Below are positions 61,701 to 64,000 of a stretch of DNA of 64,000 nt, piece by piece (position 1 is the first letter of the stretch; each line of letters begins with the position of its first letter). A program made the position numbers and the translations under genes. The notes under the pieces were generated by a model, which was given only the letters and a program-made list of their open reading frames with translations, was not told the DNA's origin and ran no database searches. Source of the stretch: Raillietiella orientalis (taxonomy: Eukaryota); the NCBI GenBank assembly GCA_036172245.1, contig JAYWIR010000021.1, positions 1-64,000 on the forward strand, given 5' to 3'.

Positions 61701-64000
61701 GAGGGGTGCGAGTTTGGAGCGGAGGTCGCCCTGCGCGTGAAAGCCCCGAGGCGCCGCGATCCTTCGCGACCATCGAACGCTGCGCTCTTCTGTCCCTACG
61801 ACCAGCGAGGCCGCCGCCGCCGCCGCCGCGGTCCAGGCGGGAGAAGCGATCTCCTGGCTTCGGAAGATGCTGCGGTCTCTGGAGCTTTCCGTTGCGCATT
61901 TGTCATCGCGTGAGGGAGGCGGCGGCACCTTCCTGGGCAGTCCTGAGAGACGCGCGTATATCGGTCGTTTAGAAGCAGATCTCCGTTGCAGAATGCTGAC
62001 CTCTTCTGCACCGCGCGAATCGCCCGTGATCAACCGCGCCTTTCTGATGTGACCGCAAGCAAAGGCGTCGCTTCGTAGCGATCTGCTGCCAGTGAATCTT
62101 GCAAGCGCCCATTCTCGCATCGCGGTGTTTCCGGCGAAGGCAGGAACCTTCCAGCTGCGCCGTTCGTCTAGGCTGGGATCAGCCCGAAACCTCAACGCAG
62201 GGAACCCTCCGGGCAGGCGTGAGAGCGGCATGTCACCTGCAGAGATTCCGGGATGCTCCCGCGGGACATCTCTGTAGGTGGACTTGGTCCTTCTCGGCGT
62301 CCAAGGGAAGGTCAATAGAGCGCCCTCGGATGCATGGAAACGCGTTCCCTCTGCTCTCGCAGCTTTCGGAGTGACGAAATGAATCGCCTCGCCGTCATTC
62401 TCATCCGCTTTGGAAGTACGTTAGTCCTCTCTGGTGCTCGAGAGAGGAGAAGGAACGCGGGCGCAGCCGCCACCTTGCTCGCTCTCGCCTGCTTTCGTGG
62501 TTGCTCGACCGAGGAGTCGCACATGCCGCGGGCAGTTTCCAGCCAGGTGAACGCGGCTGAGGACGAACGGCAAGCAGGGAGGACGCGCTCCTTTCAGCGC
62601 CCACGCCCTTCCATGGCTCGAGACGAGGATCTGCCCCAGATGTCAGAGGCACCCTTGCTGAACAGCCACCGTCCCATCGAGGTCTCTGAAGGAGGGGCGG
62701 TGGCGACCTGTTTTGGCTGGGCGTGCGGCTCCGCTCGCCCGCTCGCAATCCGGAATGGACAGCGCGCGTGGGCCGCGGAAGCAGTCCCCGAGGTATGCTG
62801 CGCTTCCCTGCGTAGACCGCGTTTCAGAACGCCTGTCGGATCTCTGCAGCCGCCTGCGCCCACGTCTGCGAGCTGGGCGCAGCTCTCTGCGCAGAAGTCG
62901 GCTGCAATCTCCTTCCCTGAGACACCACAGCTCGCCGCAAAAACGGAAGGGGTGCGGAAGTCTTCCCGAGCTTTCTGGACTTCTGGGCTGCGTTCGCCTC
63001 AGGCAAAGCAGCGCCCAGCGAACGGAGCGACTGCAAGGTGATGCACGGTCTAGGAAGCAGCTGGGAAGGGAGGCCAGGAGCTACGTCGAACCACAAGGAA
63101 CAGCCGGAATCTCTTCGATGGACGACTCGTCCTCCCCTCGCGACCGCTGCGGGACATCCCGCGGAGGGTACCGCGCTTGCGGCTTCCTCGCTCTGGAGTC
63201 CCAATTCTACAAGCCCAGAGTGCCGTGGATGCTTCCGGCCCACGAAAAAGCGTGTGAGCTGCAGTCGCCTCTTTTACCAAGAGAAGCTGGTGACCTGCAG
63301 GTGGATGACCAGCCGAACCAGCTGACCTTGCGGCATCGGAAGAAGCCGGAAGCAATCACTGAAGTCTGCCGTCGCGGGCAGGAAGTGAAACAGGGAAGAG
63401 GAACGTGTGCTGTTTTGCCCTTCGCAAAGGAAGAGCACCTCGGGCAGTCCAGCCAGGCAGATGAAAGGGGAATTTTAGGAACCACTTCAGAAACACGCAG
63501 AGGAAGCGCGGGGGTCCGCGCTGGCCGCCGCAGTTCCGGTAGAGTCCAGCAAGGAAGGGGGAGCTCCCAAAGACCTCTGTGAGCCACGCCTGAGAGGCAC
63601 CCTTGTTGGTCAGTGCGCAGGAGACTTTCCGGACTGCACTGGTCAGAGCGCAATGGGTCAAGACTCGAACCATGGAGCCAGGTACAGTCTTGTGCGGCTG
63701 CTGCCTTCATAGGTTTTCGACAGGGTCGGTGGGATGGTCATGGCTCGGGGCGCTCAGTGAAGCCGCAATGTACTCATCGGTTCGTTTTCCGTGGTCACCG
63801 GACCGCAGCGGAGGATTCAGCTGCTTGATTGCGTGTGTTGCAGCTGCCACGTTTCTCGCTCGGAGTGGTATCTGTAGTTTGTCTTGTGCGAGTATTTTTT
63901 CTTTCTTCCTTTTATGATGCCTGTAATCGTTGGCTTGATTTGAGTTCAGTGGAGGAGGGTCGGTGGGAATTTGTGGTTTTTTTGACCTTGGGAGATTCGC

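Noticed and set aside
59078..63582. Long overlapping ORFs of 289-425 aa
   Set aside because: Arg/Ala/Pro-rich translations typical of stop-poor GC-rich DNA. A few exon-like pieces exist (e.g. about 61245-61387 on -), but I could not build a model or name a family.

Overview
Eukaryotic, intron-containing animal DNA. Many introns are very short (about 39-70 nt, GT-AG). An arthropod or crustacean origin is only my inference from protein resemblance. Supported content: (1) a complete multi-exon MTBP gene on the minus strand at 15.7-18.8 kb; (2) a roughly 13 kb block of decayed non-LTR retrotransposons at 21.9-35.1 kb, made of several Tx1/L1-like fragments and one Utopia/NeSL-like RLE element; (3) the 3' half of an astacin-EGF-CUB gene; (4) the 5' half of a CALML4-like gene; (5) two halves of a pepsin/cathepsin-D-fold gene. 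The pepsin-like halves are the main finding. Exons 1-5 lie on + at 39985-43067 and exons 6-9 lie on - at 2406-1698. They join in phase, with no gap or overlap, into a 392-aa preproprotein that has the canonical 9-exon intron-phase pattern but degenerate catalytic motifs. This points to trans-splicing, a roughly 40 kb inversion, mis-assembly, or two complementary paralog halves. Also noted: a dense hairpin array at 11.5-11.9 kb and a conserved pseudoknot in two LINE 3' tails. All family calls come from motif recognition by eye; no searches were run. Most of 3-15 kb and 49-64 kb could not be assigned.
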